This document shows positions 27,480 through 42,058 of a DNA stretch of 64,000 bases, piece after piece; within the stretch, counting starts at the first letter, position 1, and every line of letters begins with the position of its first letter. Location: assembly GCA_964016885.1 (NCBI GenBank), contig OZ024752.1, positions 868,001-932,000 on the forward strand. The letters are read 5' to 3'. The stretch is from Eledone cirrhosa. Taxonomy: Eukaryota. The position numbers were made by a program, and so were the translations under genes. The notes beneath the pieces were generated by a model. The model saw only the letters and a list, made by a program, of their open reading frames with translations. It did no database searches and had not been told where the DNA came from.

Positions 27480-29072
27480 AGAAGTACCTAGCTAAAAGTA
27501 AACCCCTATACTTAGCTTTTGTTGACTTGGAGAAAGTCTTTGACAGAGTCCCCCCGCGCCATTATCTGGTGGGCCCTTAGAAAACTAGGTGTTGAAGAAT
27601 GGCTTGTGAGAACTATACAAGCCATGTATAAAGAAACAGTCAGCAAGGTTAGAATTAACAATGAATATAGTGAAGAATTTAGTGTAAAAGTTGGTGTTAA
27701 TGAGGGCTCTGTCCTTAGCCCCCTCCTATTTATTATTGCCCTTCAGGCTATAACAGAGGAGTTCAAGACCGACTGCCCATGGGAACTTCTATATGCAGAT
27801 GATCTAACGCTCATAGCTGAATCAATGGCTGAACTAGAGAAGAAACTCCAAACATGGAAGCATGGCCTAGAATCAAAAGGCCTTAAAGTTAACTTGTCTA
27901 AAACTAAAGTTCTAGTATGAAGGAAGGAAAATAGGACACAGGTCTCCTCTGGGAAATGGCCATGCTCAGTGTGTAGGAAAGGAGTAGACAGAAATTCCAT
28001 TTTATGTCCCAAATGTAAAGTATGGGTGCATAAAAGATGTAGTGGGATCACAGGTAAGCTATCTAAGAACGTAGATTTTATATGTGGCCAGTGCTCAGGT
28101 GCAATAAGTAGCAAGTGCCCACAATACTAGCTCCTTCTATTGCCCAGGTGGCTCTATAGAAATAGTGGACACCTTTCGTTACCTGGGTGACAAAATCAGC
28201 AGTGGTGGAGGGTGCTCTGAACGTACAGTAGCCAGAGTCAGAACGGGATGGAAAAAGTTCAGAGAGCTTATACCACTATTGGCCACTAAAGGTTTCTCTC
28301 TAAAAATGAAAGGCAGGCTGTATGATGCCTGCATACGAACAGCAATGTTACATGGCAGTGAGACATGGGCATTGTGTGCAGAGGATATACGCAGACTGGA
28401 GAGGAATGAAGCATGCATGCTCCGTTGGATGTGTAATAGTAATATACGTGAACAGCAAAGCATAAATGAACTAAGTGAGAAATTAGGTATAAGAGGGATC
28501 AGATGCTGTTTACTTGAGAGAAGACTACATTGGTATGGTCACGTGATGCGCATGAAAGATGACAGCTGTATAAAAAAGTACAGGGCGATCAAAATTGATG
28601 GAAGTTACGGAGTAAAAAAACCTGGGACGATTTGATAAATTCCGACCTTACACACCTACACCTCTCTAAGACAATGTCACTGGACCGAGATCTTTGGTGC
28701 TACGCAGTAATACAGAAGACTCGCCTTGCTTATGTACAAAGCGAAACCTACAGTCAGTAGGCACCTCTTAACCAAATATACACCCCCATCGCACTACCCC
28801 AACTCCCCCATTCCCACCCACACCATCCCTTTCTCTGTAAAGTTATGTTGATACCACAACATCCAGTCCTAAATAAATGAGGTCATGTAGGTGTCACAAC
28901 AAAAAAAACACAGTCCATGCTGTAATGTGGCCGTGGTTGGTGTTAGGAAGGGCATCCAGCCGTAGAAAACCTCCCAGACAGTCCTATACGAACGATACGA
29001 CCAATCTTGCCTCAAGTGGGACAATTCCTGTCTAAACCCATGCTAGTGTGGAACGATGATGATGATAATGAT
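27480..29072 (+). mobile_element. 5'-truncated RTE LINE (RT, Cys-rich insert, 3' UTR)
   Basis: GSVLSPLLF, ELLYADDL, CSVC...C..C..WVH..C, FRYLGD and LHGSETW, with frameshifts. (GAT)n tail. Confidence 0.92.
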
Positions 29073-29769
29073 GAATTGTCTATAAAAATATATGGAGAAT
29101 GAGCATGTATGTTTATCCATGTAGTAATCAATGTGCTGGAGATAGTTAAAGATAGTTTGAAAGTCTTTTGATAAGGTTTTGGAGGGGATTCCATTTTTTA
29201 TCTACTATTCATTTCTCAGGATTCTTATAACTAATATGGGTTTCTGTGTGTGAAGAAATACCAAGAAATTCCAGTGGAAGGAAGCTGCAGTAGTGGGAGA
29301 CTAAGGAAGACTTGGGTAGAGATTGTGAGAGCTGATCTCAAAATCGCTGAAGCTTACAAAGGACTGAAATGAGTTGGGGTGGTAGTGGTGCTGCTGAAAA
29401 TGACTTGTCCAAACCATGCAAGCATGGGAAAGCGGATGTAAAATGATGTTGATATGTGTGTGAAGAGGAATTTTATAGCTTCTTTTAGATACATAGTTAA
29501 TATTCTCATACACAATAATGTGTGCTCCAACTATGTTCAAATGCATGTAACACATATAAAGATAAAGTCAATACTCCAGCATGGCCTTAGCTGTAATTGC
29601 TAAAATAAAGTTAATAATATACACAGACACACACACACACACATATATAGGTTTTTCTACAATTGCTATGTGGAATGTCTTCACAGGAATAAGAGAATGA
29701 AAAGAATGAATATAAAGGGAGAGAAAGAATGTGATTTCATTGTTAATACTCATTTTGATGGAATATATA

Positions 29770-30125
29770 TAACTTACTCAGATGGGGGATGGGTGCTACA
29801 CAAGGATGCTAAGGATGGCTCTGAACATTAACCAATACGCACTGAGGATGAAGAACTCAGAGCTGTTCAGGAACCTCTCAAAAGTCAGCTAGAAAGTGAC
29901 ATAGGGGAGATTGAGGTTAGCTGGACATGATCATCGACATTCAGAGCTGATACTGCATTGAGGTCCAGTAGGAGCTCCTACACGGACACACTGGAAGAGA
30001 GAGACTAAGGATGACATATGTTGATGCCCTAAGTACAGACACTGGTCTCCGGGAGATGCGTGACATAGCGGCGATGATAAAGGTCAAAGACCACTGGAGA
30101 GAACTTGTCCATGGATCTTGGGAAT
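29770..30125 (+). mobile_element. 3' fragment of the LINE family at 48880-51480
   Basis: gatgggtgctacacaaggatg...cgacattcagagctga matches 51309-51470. Confidence 0.75.
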
Positions 30126-30183
30126 TTTACCCCCCTTTTTATACACAGGCTTTATTATAGTTTCCTCATGCCAATAAACCTAC

Positions 30184-30208
30184 CTGAAGTTCCTTTCTCT
30201 AAAGACAT
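30184..30208 (-). CDS. BEN-domain protein, coding exon 1 (MSLEKGTS; whole exon 30249-30184)
   Basis: Acceptor aattttcag, 66-nt exon and donor CAG|gtaggt. ATG at 30208. It ends in phase 1, and G+CG restores the frame into the 6715 exon (MSLEKGTSAEDIVYNEAV). Confidence 0.6.
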
Positions 30209-31664
30209 GTAATGACGGAAGAAAACAAGGTAGAAGGGAAGGGAGACAACTGAAAATTGAGGACAAAAGAGAAACAGGTTTGCCTCCACAGGGTTTGGAG
30301 GAATGCACTCTTTTCTGAAATGGCATGGCTGATATAATGAGTGTTGCTGGCTGTTCTCTGTGGCAATGCCTCCTTTCCATTCTTCTATTTAACTTATTTT
30401 AATTTTTCTTAGAACAAACATTATATAATCTAAAATTCTCAATATGTTGAAAAGAATGTGAAAGGAAAGATAAAGAAGAAAACAAAGGTGATGAAGATAG
30501 CAATGTCAAATAATAATAATAATAATAATAACAATAATAAAATAACAACAAAGAAGTGAGTAATTAAGATGATGGAGAAAGCAGAGGAAAAGAAAACTAC
30601 TCACAAGAAGAAGACAGGATGAAAAAACAAAGAATAATCGGAACTGCAGAGTAGAAGGATGATGATAGTGATGAGGGTGAAGAGAAGAGAAGATGACAAA
30701 AAAAATGAGAAGGTAACAGATATAAACTAAGATATAGTGTATAATTAATAACAGAAAAAAAAAATGTTGTGCTATCTGGACTCAAATACTCAAAGTGGTC
30801 CATCTTGGAAATGTTTATTTATTTATTTATTTGTTCAATCAAATTATCAGTGAAAATGTTACAACATTATTAATTCTAATATCTTATTTGAAGAGAATTA
30901 TAACTGATGCAGAGTTTAAACACAGCCAACATGTTGCTTGGCTTTCTTGTTTCCAAGTTCAAAGTCTCGTTGGCAGCTTGATCTCCATTGTTTAATGCAC
31001 CCAAGATCAGTATTGATCGATGCTGGGGTTCTGAAGGAATCGCATACGAAATGCAAGATTGTGATATGATAGATTGCAGAAGAGTGAAAGGTTATGTCAT
31101 TGTTGCAAATGATTGATTGTTAAATGAAGTAATATAAGAAGAAATCTTGTGATGGAGTTATCTCGAAAGGCACTCTATTTGTATGTAGTGGGAAGGGAGT
31201 GGAAAATAGAAAATGAAAAATCCTATTTTTTTTGTAAAGAAAAATCTCTAAAACGAACTGAACAAGTAATAAAATAGACTGTACAGAACTCCTAACACCA
31301 CTAAGAAAAGAAAAGAATGTAAAGAAAATATCCTTGTGTTGGAAATCAGCCAAATATAGTTTTTGAGATATCACGTATAGTTTGTGGAATATCACTTTAT
31401 AGAAATAGGAATACATGGGTAGCAAAATAAATTTTACTGTAGCCAAACAAAACTCCATCATTTACAAGTCCAGAAAATACTTTTGTTCTCAATAGTTGCT
31501 GACCATCTACAAATACATAGATTAAAAGACTGCTCACAGTTCTGGAGTATAACCGCTGCCATAACCCCCCCCCCCAAAAAAAAAAAACCTAATGAGGGAT
31601 CCTCTACATATAAAAATATCTAAATAAAGTCAAATCTCATGAAAACCACACCCTCTCATCTTAA

Positions 31665-31890
31665 CCCTTTTGATGCCAAGCTGGTCAAAACCGCTTTGGA
31701 TTCTATGAAATGAAACCACATTTTAAGGGGTTCCTATTTATATTAAAAGCATACAACATAACTATATATAAGAACCATATATTTAGTTGCTATCTTAGTA
31801 ATGATATAACTAATAATTTTCGTAAATCACTCAAGATATTTAATTAATTGAAATAGACTATATTTCATTAGAAATATGGTCACAAAAGGG
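31665..31890. mobile_element. piggyBac-type MITE, second family
   Basis: TTAA|CCCTTTTG ... CAAAAGGG|TTAA. Similar TTAA-CC...GGG-TTAA elements lie at ~11446-12047 and ~38414-38634. Confidence 0.6.
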
Positions 31891-34017
31891 TTAAGAAAGA
31901 AAAGATACATTGGATCAGGTGTATATACTGGATATAAAGATATAAAGAAAAATGGGCAGGATGTGGATGTAATACCATTTCTCATAGGCTTGCTTAATAT
32001 TGATCTCTGATCTGTAGATAATCTATAAGTGAACAATAATATGACATCTGTAAAACACATATAAACTAAAATGATATCAAATCATGACCCCGACCAACCC
32101 TTTAGACAAACACCACCAACCAAATCATTAACTTAATAAATAGAATTTTGGAATGAAATGAGGTTACAAGTTTAACTATTATATAGTCAAATTAAAACTA
32201 AATAGATTCTTACACTAAACAACACAAATAAACCAACGACTCTGGTACATCATGGTAAAAACTCATGTAAACTAAAGAGAGGAGTTTGAAAGACAAGACA
32301 CCAGACTAAAGTAAATCTAAACAATATTAAACAATATTCAAGTAAAACTAAAAGCAAAATCTTATGCAAAACACAAAAATACCAGCTAGCCCCATCAAAC
32401 AAATGAAAATATTGAGTTTAAAGTTAATGATACCAGCAAAAAGTAAACAACACAAACAGATAAATCTTGAAATAAAACTCAAATCTGAAACATATATTAA
32501 ATCTAAATCTCATCATCATCATTGAAACAATAAATAGAAAAGTATAGCTAAATCATAAACTTGGTGTAAACCCTATCAAACAAATGAATAGACCAGATTT
32601 GAAACAAATAATACCAGATATTGAAGCAAAACTATAAACATAAAATGATAAGGTATGACCTGATCTGACTTGTCTCATGATGGGACAACATGTCTAACCC
32701 ATGCTAGTGTGGAAAACAGAAGTTAAATGATGATGATGAGAGTACCTCAGGATTACATTATCGACTGTATCCTTCCATTTTTAAAATGGTAGAGTATGGT
32801 TTGGAAGAATTGGCTGGTATTTGTAGCAGGTCAAGCAAACCCATAAAGCAACTCCATTAAATCATTAGAGAGAATAATAAGAAATGGATTATCATTTTGA
32901 CAAAGCTGGGTCTCTTTTAGTTTATTCATGTCATGCATATCCCCTTTTTGCTTAGAATGTTTAGATATCAATTTGTAATTAGTATAAAGAGACTAGTTAA
33001 GTAATTAATTATTTACTGCTTTAATAAGATTAATTAGAAATTGACATGCAAGATGGTTGGTGTTAGGAAGGGCATTCAGCCATAGAAAGCCGAGCCAAAA
33101 ATGGATTGAATGAACAAGACATTATCACATGACTACAGAGGCCCCAGAATGTGACAGCTTGTCTGTCTAATTCATGCAAGCATGGAAAATAGATGTTAAA
33201 TGGTGACAAAGGTAATGATGATGATGATGGGAAAATAGTAAAATGGAAAACAAGCATAATATGATATAATATATTCCAGCCTAGAGAGGAATTAAGACAA
33301 ACTGAAAGTCAACAATGGCTTAAAAACTCTCGGCTAAAAAAGCAGGAACAGGTTTGGTCTCAAGCTGCACAGGAAGAATGCTTAGACACAAACAACTACA
33401 AAAATATAATAAAGTAAAAATATGCTGACAACAGATGTAGATAATACAACCAGTACAACAAGTACACACAAACAATACCAAGACCCAGAACATTATGCAT
33501 GCATGGTTTCGGAACTCCTGAGGCAATCGTAGGGCTGTCGTATTGACATTCAGTATTTCTAGGGCATTTTAAAACCTGGTGGAGCCTATCTCCGCTCTAG
33601 GTCTGAATACAGCAGATTTCTTTCAGGGAGTGAGAGTATGGAAGTGAGAAAGAGATACAGTGGAAGAATCAGCTCTAGTACTTGACTGGTACTTTTTTAT
33701 TGACCTCAAATGGATGAAAGGCAAAGTTGACTAGAGAGCTGAAATGAATGCTCCAAAGCATTTTATCTAATGCTCTAATGACTATCAATTCGCCACCTTC
33801 CCCAGAACATTATACATGGACCAAATGATAGCCTTACTAGGCACAGCTTCAATGCTACATGAAACACTTTCAATTGAATAGTCATAACTAAAACAACATG
33901 CTCTGTACACAGTCCCCCCAAATAACACAACTAATATAATATATATTCTACAGAGTCACCACCAAACAATATAACACAAAACATACTTTACACAATCTAA
34001 GTCTGTCTCGATCCCAG

Positions 34018-34270
34018 AGGTTCATCAAGCTAATGTTTATCCTGGTTTCTGTGGTGTTAAGCAACTGAGAATACATGACTCCCTCTTGGACAGGATGGCA
34101 GTCCATTGCATGGTTAAACCCCACAGCATAGCGGGTATTCATTTTCAGCTGTGTTTACTGGAGCAACGTAAAATGAAGTGAACACAACACACAACACAGG
34201 CCAAGAATCGAACCCACAACATCATGATTGTAAGTCCAACTCCCTTACCAGTAGGCCACATGCCTCCACA
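34018..34270 (-). mobile_element. Second tRNA-derived SINE family, near full length
   Basis: Minus strand begins gtggaggcatgtggcctactggtaagg...gggttcgattc (A/B boxes). Relatives lie at 24478/26590, ~59170-59300 and ~60015-60200. Confidence 0.75.
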
Positions 34271-35057
34271 CCTTACACAACAATCACCTAATAAAATAAT
34301 TATTTCTAACTTAGGTATAAAGCCAACAATTTATAGGGGAGAGGAAAGGCGATTATATCAATACCAGTTCTTGGCTGATACTTTATTTTATTGACCTTGG
34401 AAGGCTGAGAGGCAAAGTTGATCTTAACAGGATTTGAACTCAAAAAGTAAAGAGCTGGAACAAATACTGCTAAGCATTTGTCTGATGCTCTAAAGATTCT
34501 GTTAAACTACTGACCTAATAAAATAACACAACACAGATTTAAATATATGATACTCAACACTGTAACACAACTCACACTTGATACCAATTAATATAACACA
34601 AACCACACATACTCTACATATTCACTATTTGACATAACAATACACAACACCAATCCCAGTGTATCATCATCATCATCATCATCATCTAATGTTTATTTTT
34701 CTATGGCTTCCATAGGTTAGAAAGGTCATCCATGTTATGATACATGTCTGGCCATTTGGCCGTGCTATACTTTTCTTAAACAAAACTATATTTTGGCTGA
34801 GTTTTTAAAGCAGGATGCCCTTCCTAACACCTACCATGTTTACCGTGTGGAACTGGGTAGCACCATTATGAGACAAGTCTGACCAATTGGCCACGCTGTT
34901 CTCTGCTCATAGTATATATGAAACACAAACAATACTCTTAACAAAATAACATACCTTACATTGTACAAACGGATGAACAATTATATATCAGCAGAAACAA
35001 GTAAATCCCACAACAATGTAAAATTAATGTAATATACAAATATAATTCTACACTTAC

Positions 35058-35129
35058 AAAAAGACAATACTGCACATAGCTCAGGAAAATGGAGGTGCAC
35101 TTTGTTGGGTGGTAGAAAGTCACATAAAA
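35058..35129 (-). other. Candidate upstream exon of the BEN gene (5' UTR or N-terminal extension)
   Basis: Acceptor tattttcaacag and donor gtaagt. 72 nt, stop-free in the frame of the downstream CDS. Confidence 0.45.
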
Positions 35130-36599
35130 CTGTTGAAAATATGATAATATTAATCTCTTTAATTGCCGATTTGAAGTTAATGGTTTGCAAAGTGAATTCC
35201 CCAACCATAAGTACACATTTTATTTTTATATATTTTATTTTTCCAAGAAATGTATGAGAAATGAAATATAAAATAGAAAAGAATGACTGACTGAAGAAAA
35301 TTCTTGCATAATTGCTGTCAAAACTATTCTTATAGATTAAGGTGCATCGGCAGATGGCACTTTACCAAAGAATTTCTGATTACTGCCAGAGAAAATCAGA
35401 TTGATCGGTCAATAAGGTTCTTTGCTATGTGCCAGAAAATACTTAGAATGTCGAGGTAAAGGCCATTTGAAACCAGGACAATGAGAGAGAGAGACAGAGA
35501 GAGCAGGCAAGCATAAAAGAGCCATTCTTTCAATGTATTATAGCTTTTCCTATCTGTTTTATTCAATCTTCCACAAAGTTCATTGAAAGTAACAAGCCAA
35601 GAGATGGAGTACTGCCAAAATCATATTAATTATGAACAGAATGAGCAATTTGTAGCTGACTTGATGATATTTAACTTATCTTTCTAAGCCTGCTTTTACT
35701 GAACAAGCCACACTGCCCAAAGGCATTGTCCTTCAGGAAGTGCCATGCTTTGTCACATATTTTCTTCTTTTCCATCTTAGTTCTTTTTGTTTGGCACTGA
35801 AGACCCCTTTATCTCTTCCATTATTTCATCATTCTTTTATAACATCTAATCCACATTTATTCCACTATTGCACTTGCTTTATTTTTCTCTATCTCAGTAG
35901 ATTCTTCAAAACTACATTGCCATCTTTAATTTCACTCCCTAATTTAATTTCATTCACCTTCCCTTGCTCGGCTTCTCTATATATTAAAAAAATACCTACA
36001 CATACATACAGACACACATAATAGAACTGCCTCCTAACAACTTTCTTGCAAAGAAATATAAGATACAGTTTCCATTCAAACCTTTCCTCCTCCTTTACAT
36101 TGTTCTCTCACCTTCATTCTCTTCCTCTCCCTCATTTTCTTCACTACTTCTCTCTCCTCTCTAGATATAAATTCACACAAACATTACATTCTTTATTTCT
36201 AGATCCATCTCTTATTCTCAAGATGAATACACATACCTCTCATACTTCTTCTTATCCTCTCTTGCTATTTTACTCTGCCATCTATGCAAGCTTCTTTCTT
36301 TCTCTGTTACATGAAGAACTTCTTGTTCATACCTAATGATGAAGCTGATTTGTTATTTGTCTCAACTACATAACAACACCAACAATAATAATCCTGTTCT
36401 CTTCCAGGAAAGCTTCCATCACTCCTCAGTTAGTGAAGGAAATTACCATGTGACCGGTGCCATCTTTTTGACATTTACTGCTGTCAAAATAGCAACAACC
36501 TAATATATACGATGTTTATTCCACTGTGTATCTTCTACTGTAGTAACTGCAGGCTTAAGTCAGACTCCACTTCTATTCAGATATGTAGAAGTCTTTATC

Positions 36600-36799
36600 T
36601 TATATATATTTGTATGTGTGTATATATATACATGCATATATATATATATATATACACATACATATATATACACATACATATATATATATACACACATAAA
36701 TACATATATATCCACATACATATATACACATACATATATATATATATATACACATATATATATATATATATACACATATATATATATATATATATACAC

Positions 36800-36849
<50 letters not shown>

Positions 36850-36919
36850 GTATGTATGTGTATATATATGTATGTATATATATATGTATGTATATATATA
36901 TGTATGTATATATATATGT

Positions 36920-36967
<48 letters not shown>

Positions 36968-37085
36968 GTATGTATATATATGTATGTATGTATATATATA
37001 TATGTGTATGTATGCAAATATGTATGTGTATGTATATTCTTGCATATATGTATCTATATATATATATATATATGTATATGCATGC
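36600..37085. repeat. (TA)n/(TACA)n/(TATG)n array
   Basis: Read directly from the sequence. Confidence 0.95.
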
Positions 37086-37329
37086 AAGCAAGCATGGAAA
37101 AGCAGACGTAAAAATGACAATGATGATGATGATGATGATACATATATTACTATTCATATCAACAATTTTAAACCTCATCCTCACTCAATATACAATGGGT
37201 TGTATGAGGCACAATGGCTACATGTGATACAATAATGTGACACAATCGCTACATGTGGATCAGTGGTTTATATAAAACACAGACTCTATGTGATATAATG
37301 GTTTACAAAAGCAGAATGGTAATGTCACA

Positions 37330-38070
37330 ATGGTTACATGTGACACATTGGATACATGAGATACAATAATATATGACACATTAGTTACATGTGATACAAT
37401 AATATATGGCACATTGGCTACATGTGATACAATAATATGACACATTAGCTACATGGGATACAATAATATGGCATTAGCTACATGGGATACAATAATATAT
37501 GACACATTAGCTACATGGGATACAATAATATATAACACATTGGCTACATGATACAATAATATATGACACATTGGCTACATGATACAATATATGGCACATT
37601 GGCTACATGTGATATATGACACATTGGCTACATGATACAATATATGGCACATTGGCTACATGTGATACAATAATATATGACACATTAGCTACATGGGATA
37701 CAATAATATATGACACATTGGCTACATGATACAATATATGGCACATTGGCTACATGTGATATAATAATATATGGTACATTGGCTACATGATTCAATATAT
37801 GGCACATTGGCTACATGTGATACAATAATATATGGCACACTGGTTACATGATACAATAATATATGGCACATTTGCTACATGCGATACAATATATGGCATA
37901 TTGACTACATGATTCAATATATGGCACATTTGCTACATGATACAATAATATATGGCCCATTGGCTAGATGTAATACAACATATGGCACATTGGCTACATG
38001 TGATACAATATATGGCACATTGTCTACACGTGACTCAACAACTACATGTGACCCAGTTACTACATGTAGC
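37330..38070. repeat. 27-33-bp minisatellite
   Basis: Unit ggcacattggctacatg(tg)atacaat(aat)atat, more than 20 copies. Confidence 0.95.
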
Positions 38071-39491
38071 ACATTGACTATGCATGTAGGAAATTAGTTC
38101 ATATGAAACACAATACTTATGTGTGGTTCCATGAGGCACACTAGATATCTGAGAGACAATAGTTTATGTAAAACACAACAATTCTGCTCTTTTACTGTAG
38201 TCAGTCATCTGATTGTACACATACTCAGGTATTACCTTTGAGGATTTTAGTTGAGCATATTGCCTTTAGTATTTATTTTAGTTTGGTCTTAATTAAACAC
38301 TTTGTTCTCACCAGTCTTAGAGGGCTTGCCAATCTCTAGGGATCAGAAGCATGAAGCATAGCAAAGTAATTAAGAGAATTGATGGCTGTTATTCAAGGAT
38401 GTTGTGCAGCCACTTAACCATTTCATGACTGCATTTCTAATGAAATACACCCTATTTCAATTAATGAAGAATTTTGAGGGATTTATTAAAATTATTAATT
38501 ATTTAATTAGTAAGCTCTTAAATTAATGTAAGGTTGTTATATAAAATTATGTTGGAAAATTTCAATACTAATTGGGCGGTTTTATTTCATAGAACCAGAG
38601 CTGGTTTTGGCCAGGATGGTAAATAAAGGGTTAATGTTTCATCATCATCATAATCATTTAACGTCTATCTTCCACACTAACATGGGTTATATGGGTTTGT
38701 CCCATTTGAGGCAAGTTGCGTAGGTGACCGTGTCTCACTCATATAGGACTGTTTCTGACTGGTTTTCTATGGCTGGATGCCCTTCCTAACGCCAACCATG
38801 GAAATAGAAAATCACCAGAAGAGAATGTTATCAGCATTGTCTTCCAAAGCCAGAGGAGTATAACTCTTGCAGGTTACTGTGATTATTACCAAGAAGAGAT
38901 AGCAAGTGATCTTGTTTTATAGGAAACATCAAATGGATACGTAAACAGTGGTGTAAGGAAATGAAATCACCTTGATAATCTGCTGGAAGGTACTGGAGTG
39001 AATGGTGTAGGAAAGCTCAGTATACTGATGATGGATAGAGCTTTGAGGGCATGTATAAAGATAGATGGGTGATAGCACAGATTGACAAATGAATGTTTTA
39101 TCAATATTTTAGTGATGTAAAATTTTTATGAATGTAGCAGCTGCTGTGTACCAACTATATGAAACACAATAGCTATAAGGTTAGTCCTTTCATTACTACA
39201 TTTCTAATGAAAGATACTGTCTATAATTTTCAAATAAATTTTGACAATAATGAATTTAAAGGAATTTCATAATATAACTAACTTTCTTATTATCAAATTG
39301 ATGTTTTGAGTATACATTTCTTACATAAAATTATAATGGAAAGTTTTAGATAAAAACTTTAAAATAAATTGATTCACATAGTAGAATCAGGGACAGTTTC
39401 AGGTAGTTTAATAGGGAAAGGGTTAGATTAATAGCTACTAACTATTTGGTCAAGTGTTTAGATCTTAAGGCAGCTAATGTATATGCATTAT

Positions 39492-39672
39492 TTGGCAGTA
39501 TCGGTAGAGGATCGGATACCATGCTTTGCAACATAGAGTTACGGCCCTTTACGGTTTAAGTTCAAATCCCGCCGTGGTTAACTTTGCCTTTCATCCTTAC
39601 GGGGTCGATAAAATAAAGTACCAGTAATGCACTGGGATAATTGTTGGCCTTGTGCCAAAAGTAGAAACAATT
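39492..39672 (+). mobile_element. tRNA-derived SINE
   Basis: Matches 23972-24155. Confidence 0.85.
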
Positions 39673-40650
39673 GTTTTCTTTTCGTAGTTTCCACTAAATG
39701 AACTGTGACCATTTGAAGGGCTTAGTTGTTTATATCAAGCTAGTATCTGATAAGTATCAGAAGAATGGTATCAATATCTTAGGAATGAAAGGCAGAGTCT
39801 ATCTCAGCAGAATTTGAAATCAGAACATAAAGAAGGTAACCAAATAGCACACACTACAATCCCTAGCCCACTAATATGTGGTCTCCTTCCACTGGTTTAT
39901 CTATTGCCACTACAAAAATCCCTAATGTCCGTTCCCACATCCAGATAGTACACTATATTCCATTTGCCAACCACTCCTTTACAAAATCTCGACATTTTAA
40001 AAACCTTTCTGCAGATGTAAAAGAAAGGGGTACTTATAAAGGTCAATGGGTATATTTTCCTCTTCTGCTAACTGATAAATATGAACCAAAAAAGGAACTT
40101 TTACATGACCCCTTGATCTGTAAGCAATAGCAATCAAATCTCCATCAAATCACAACATATCTTTGAACAAAAAAAAAAGGAAGCATGCATAGGGTTATAC
40201 ATATAGTGATATCATATATACACTATGTTTAAAAAAAAAAAAAAGATGAGATAGTCATAGCTGGAATGCCTAATCATGTTTGATCTAAGGTTTAATTTTT
40301 TAAAGGAATTAATCAATCTCATTCTTTTTTTTTTTTTTGCAGGGCTTCCTACAATGGTGGAAGAAAAGACAGATAAAAGTGTTATTCTTGATCGAAGATC
40401 TAATCCAAATGTTTACAACGGTATCAAAGAAGCAGACAGATTGTGGTGTTCAGCCTAGCAACGGATTACTATTCAATCAGCAATTAGTTAATAGAACACA
40501 CATATCAAAACTGGATACCCCCCACCCCCTAAAAAAAGCCCAAACACAAACACACAAAAATATAGATGCAGTAATGCTTCCTACTTTCCAAACAGTGGAA
40601 GGAATAAAGAAGCACGAGTCATTAACATTGTCATTATTTCTACCATCATA

Positions 40651-40864
40651 GGGCGGTGGATTGCAGTATCGGTAGAAGGTCGGACACCATGCTTTGCAGC
40701 ATAGAGTTATGGCCCTTTGTGATCTGAGTTCAAATCCCGCTGAGGTTAACTTTGCCTTTCATCCTTATGGGGTCGATAAACTAAAGTACCAGTCATGCAC
40801 TGGGGTCGATTTAATCGACTTTCCCCTCCCCCAAAATTGCTGGCCTTGTGTCTATATAAGAAAC
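40651..40864 (+). mobile_element. Full-length SINE, long variant
   Basis: 19-bp TSD cattatttctaccatcata. Carries an extra internal ggggtcgatttaatcgactttcccc hairpin segment. Confidence 0.9.
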
Positions 40865-40904
40865 CATTATTTCTACCATCATAAGATGACAATATGACAA
40901 TAAT

Positions 40905-41078
40905 TGTTTCTACTTTTTGGCACAAGGCCAGCAATTATCCCAGTGTATTACTGGTATTTATTTTATCGACCACGTAAGGATGAAAGGCAAAGTTAACCTC
41001 GGTGGGATTTGAACTCAGTCTGTAAAGGGACGTAACTGTGCTACAAAGCATGGCGTCCGACCCTCTACCGATACTGCT
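40905..41078 (-). mobile_element. SINE, tail-to-tail with the previous copy
   Basis: Reverse complement of the consensus. TSD aatatgacaataat. Confidence 0.88.
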
Positions 41079-41424
41079 AATATGACAATAATAATGTTTT
41101 AAACAGTTGAACGAACAGTCTCACCTTGATGTTTAAACATCAAGCTAATTTGGATTTATAATTACCAGGATCAAATCACATCAAAGTCAAGGTAGATGTT
41201 TCACTTTATTTTATTCTTAACCCTTTAGTGTTTACATCACCCTATACAGTAGTCCCCCGGCATTTGTTGGGGTTACATTCCTAGGGCAACTACGAAGAGT
41301 GAAAAACCGTGAATATTGGATGTGGTCCATAAAAATGTCTATAAACGTCAAAATATAAGATAAAATATAATAAAAAAGAGGGGGAGTCCAAATACAGTAT
41401 ATTTGTATATAATACAGTATATTG

Positions 41425-42058
41425 ATCTATAGGTGATCAAGTGATTGTCTCGTTTTTTGAAGTTAGTGTAACAGATAGTTAGGTTATTTGCGTCACAGAA
41501 TTCCAGGATCCTGAAGCCTTCCTCATTTCTAGTACTAAACCCATAGCCTCCATGGATTCCGTCATAGCCGTCACAATGTTGTCCAACGTGACCATTTAGG
41601 TCACCAGCAATAATTATGTTGTCACTGTCGGTTATTTGGGATGTAGTGAGCATCAATGTCTCATAGAATCTGTCTTTTATAACGCCAGGCAGTCCGGATT
41701 GGGGTGCGTACGCAGATATTACTGTCACAGTAGTTCTATTTAGGACAAGTCTTATTTTAATTATTCTGTCGTTCACTCTATTTATGTCTATTATCTTATC
41801 TACTCATTTTTCTACTAACATGATTCCTACCCCACCCAGCCCATTTTCATTTCCCACCCAGAAAAGCTTATATAATCGTTTTTTACCCACCCCTCCACCT
41901 GGTCTCTTGGATACAGCAAACATCAACCTCCTTACATTCAAGCATTTCTACAACCTCGTTAGAGCGACCTTTTAAGGTGCCTACATTCATGGTACCAACT
42001 CTGAAGTTTTGGATTGTGTTTGGTGGGTGGGAACGGTGGGGCGCGGGGAGAGGTGAGG
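41425..42058 (-). mobile_element. RTE LINE APE-endonuclease segment (inverted relative to the adjacent RT)
   Basis: FRVGTMNVGTL, CIQETRW, SAYAPQ, AGDLNGHVG and NLTICYTNFKKR. Confidence 0.9.
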
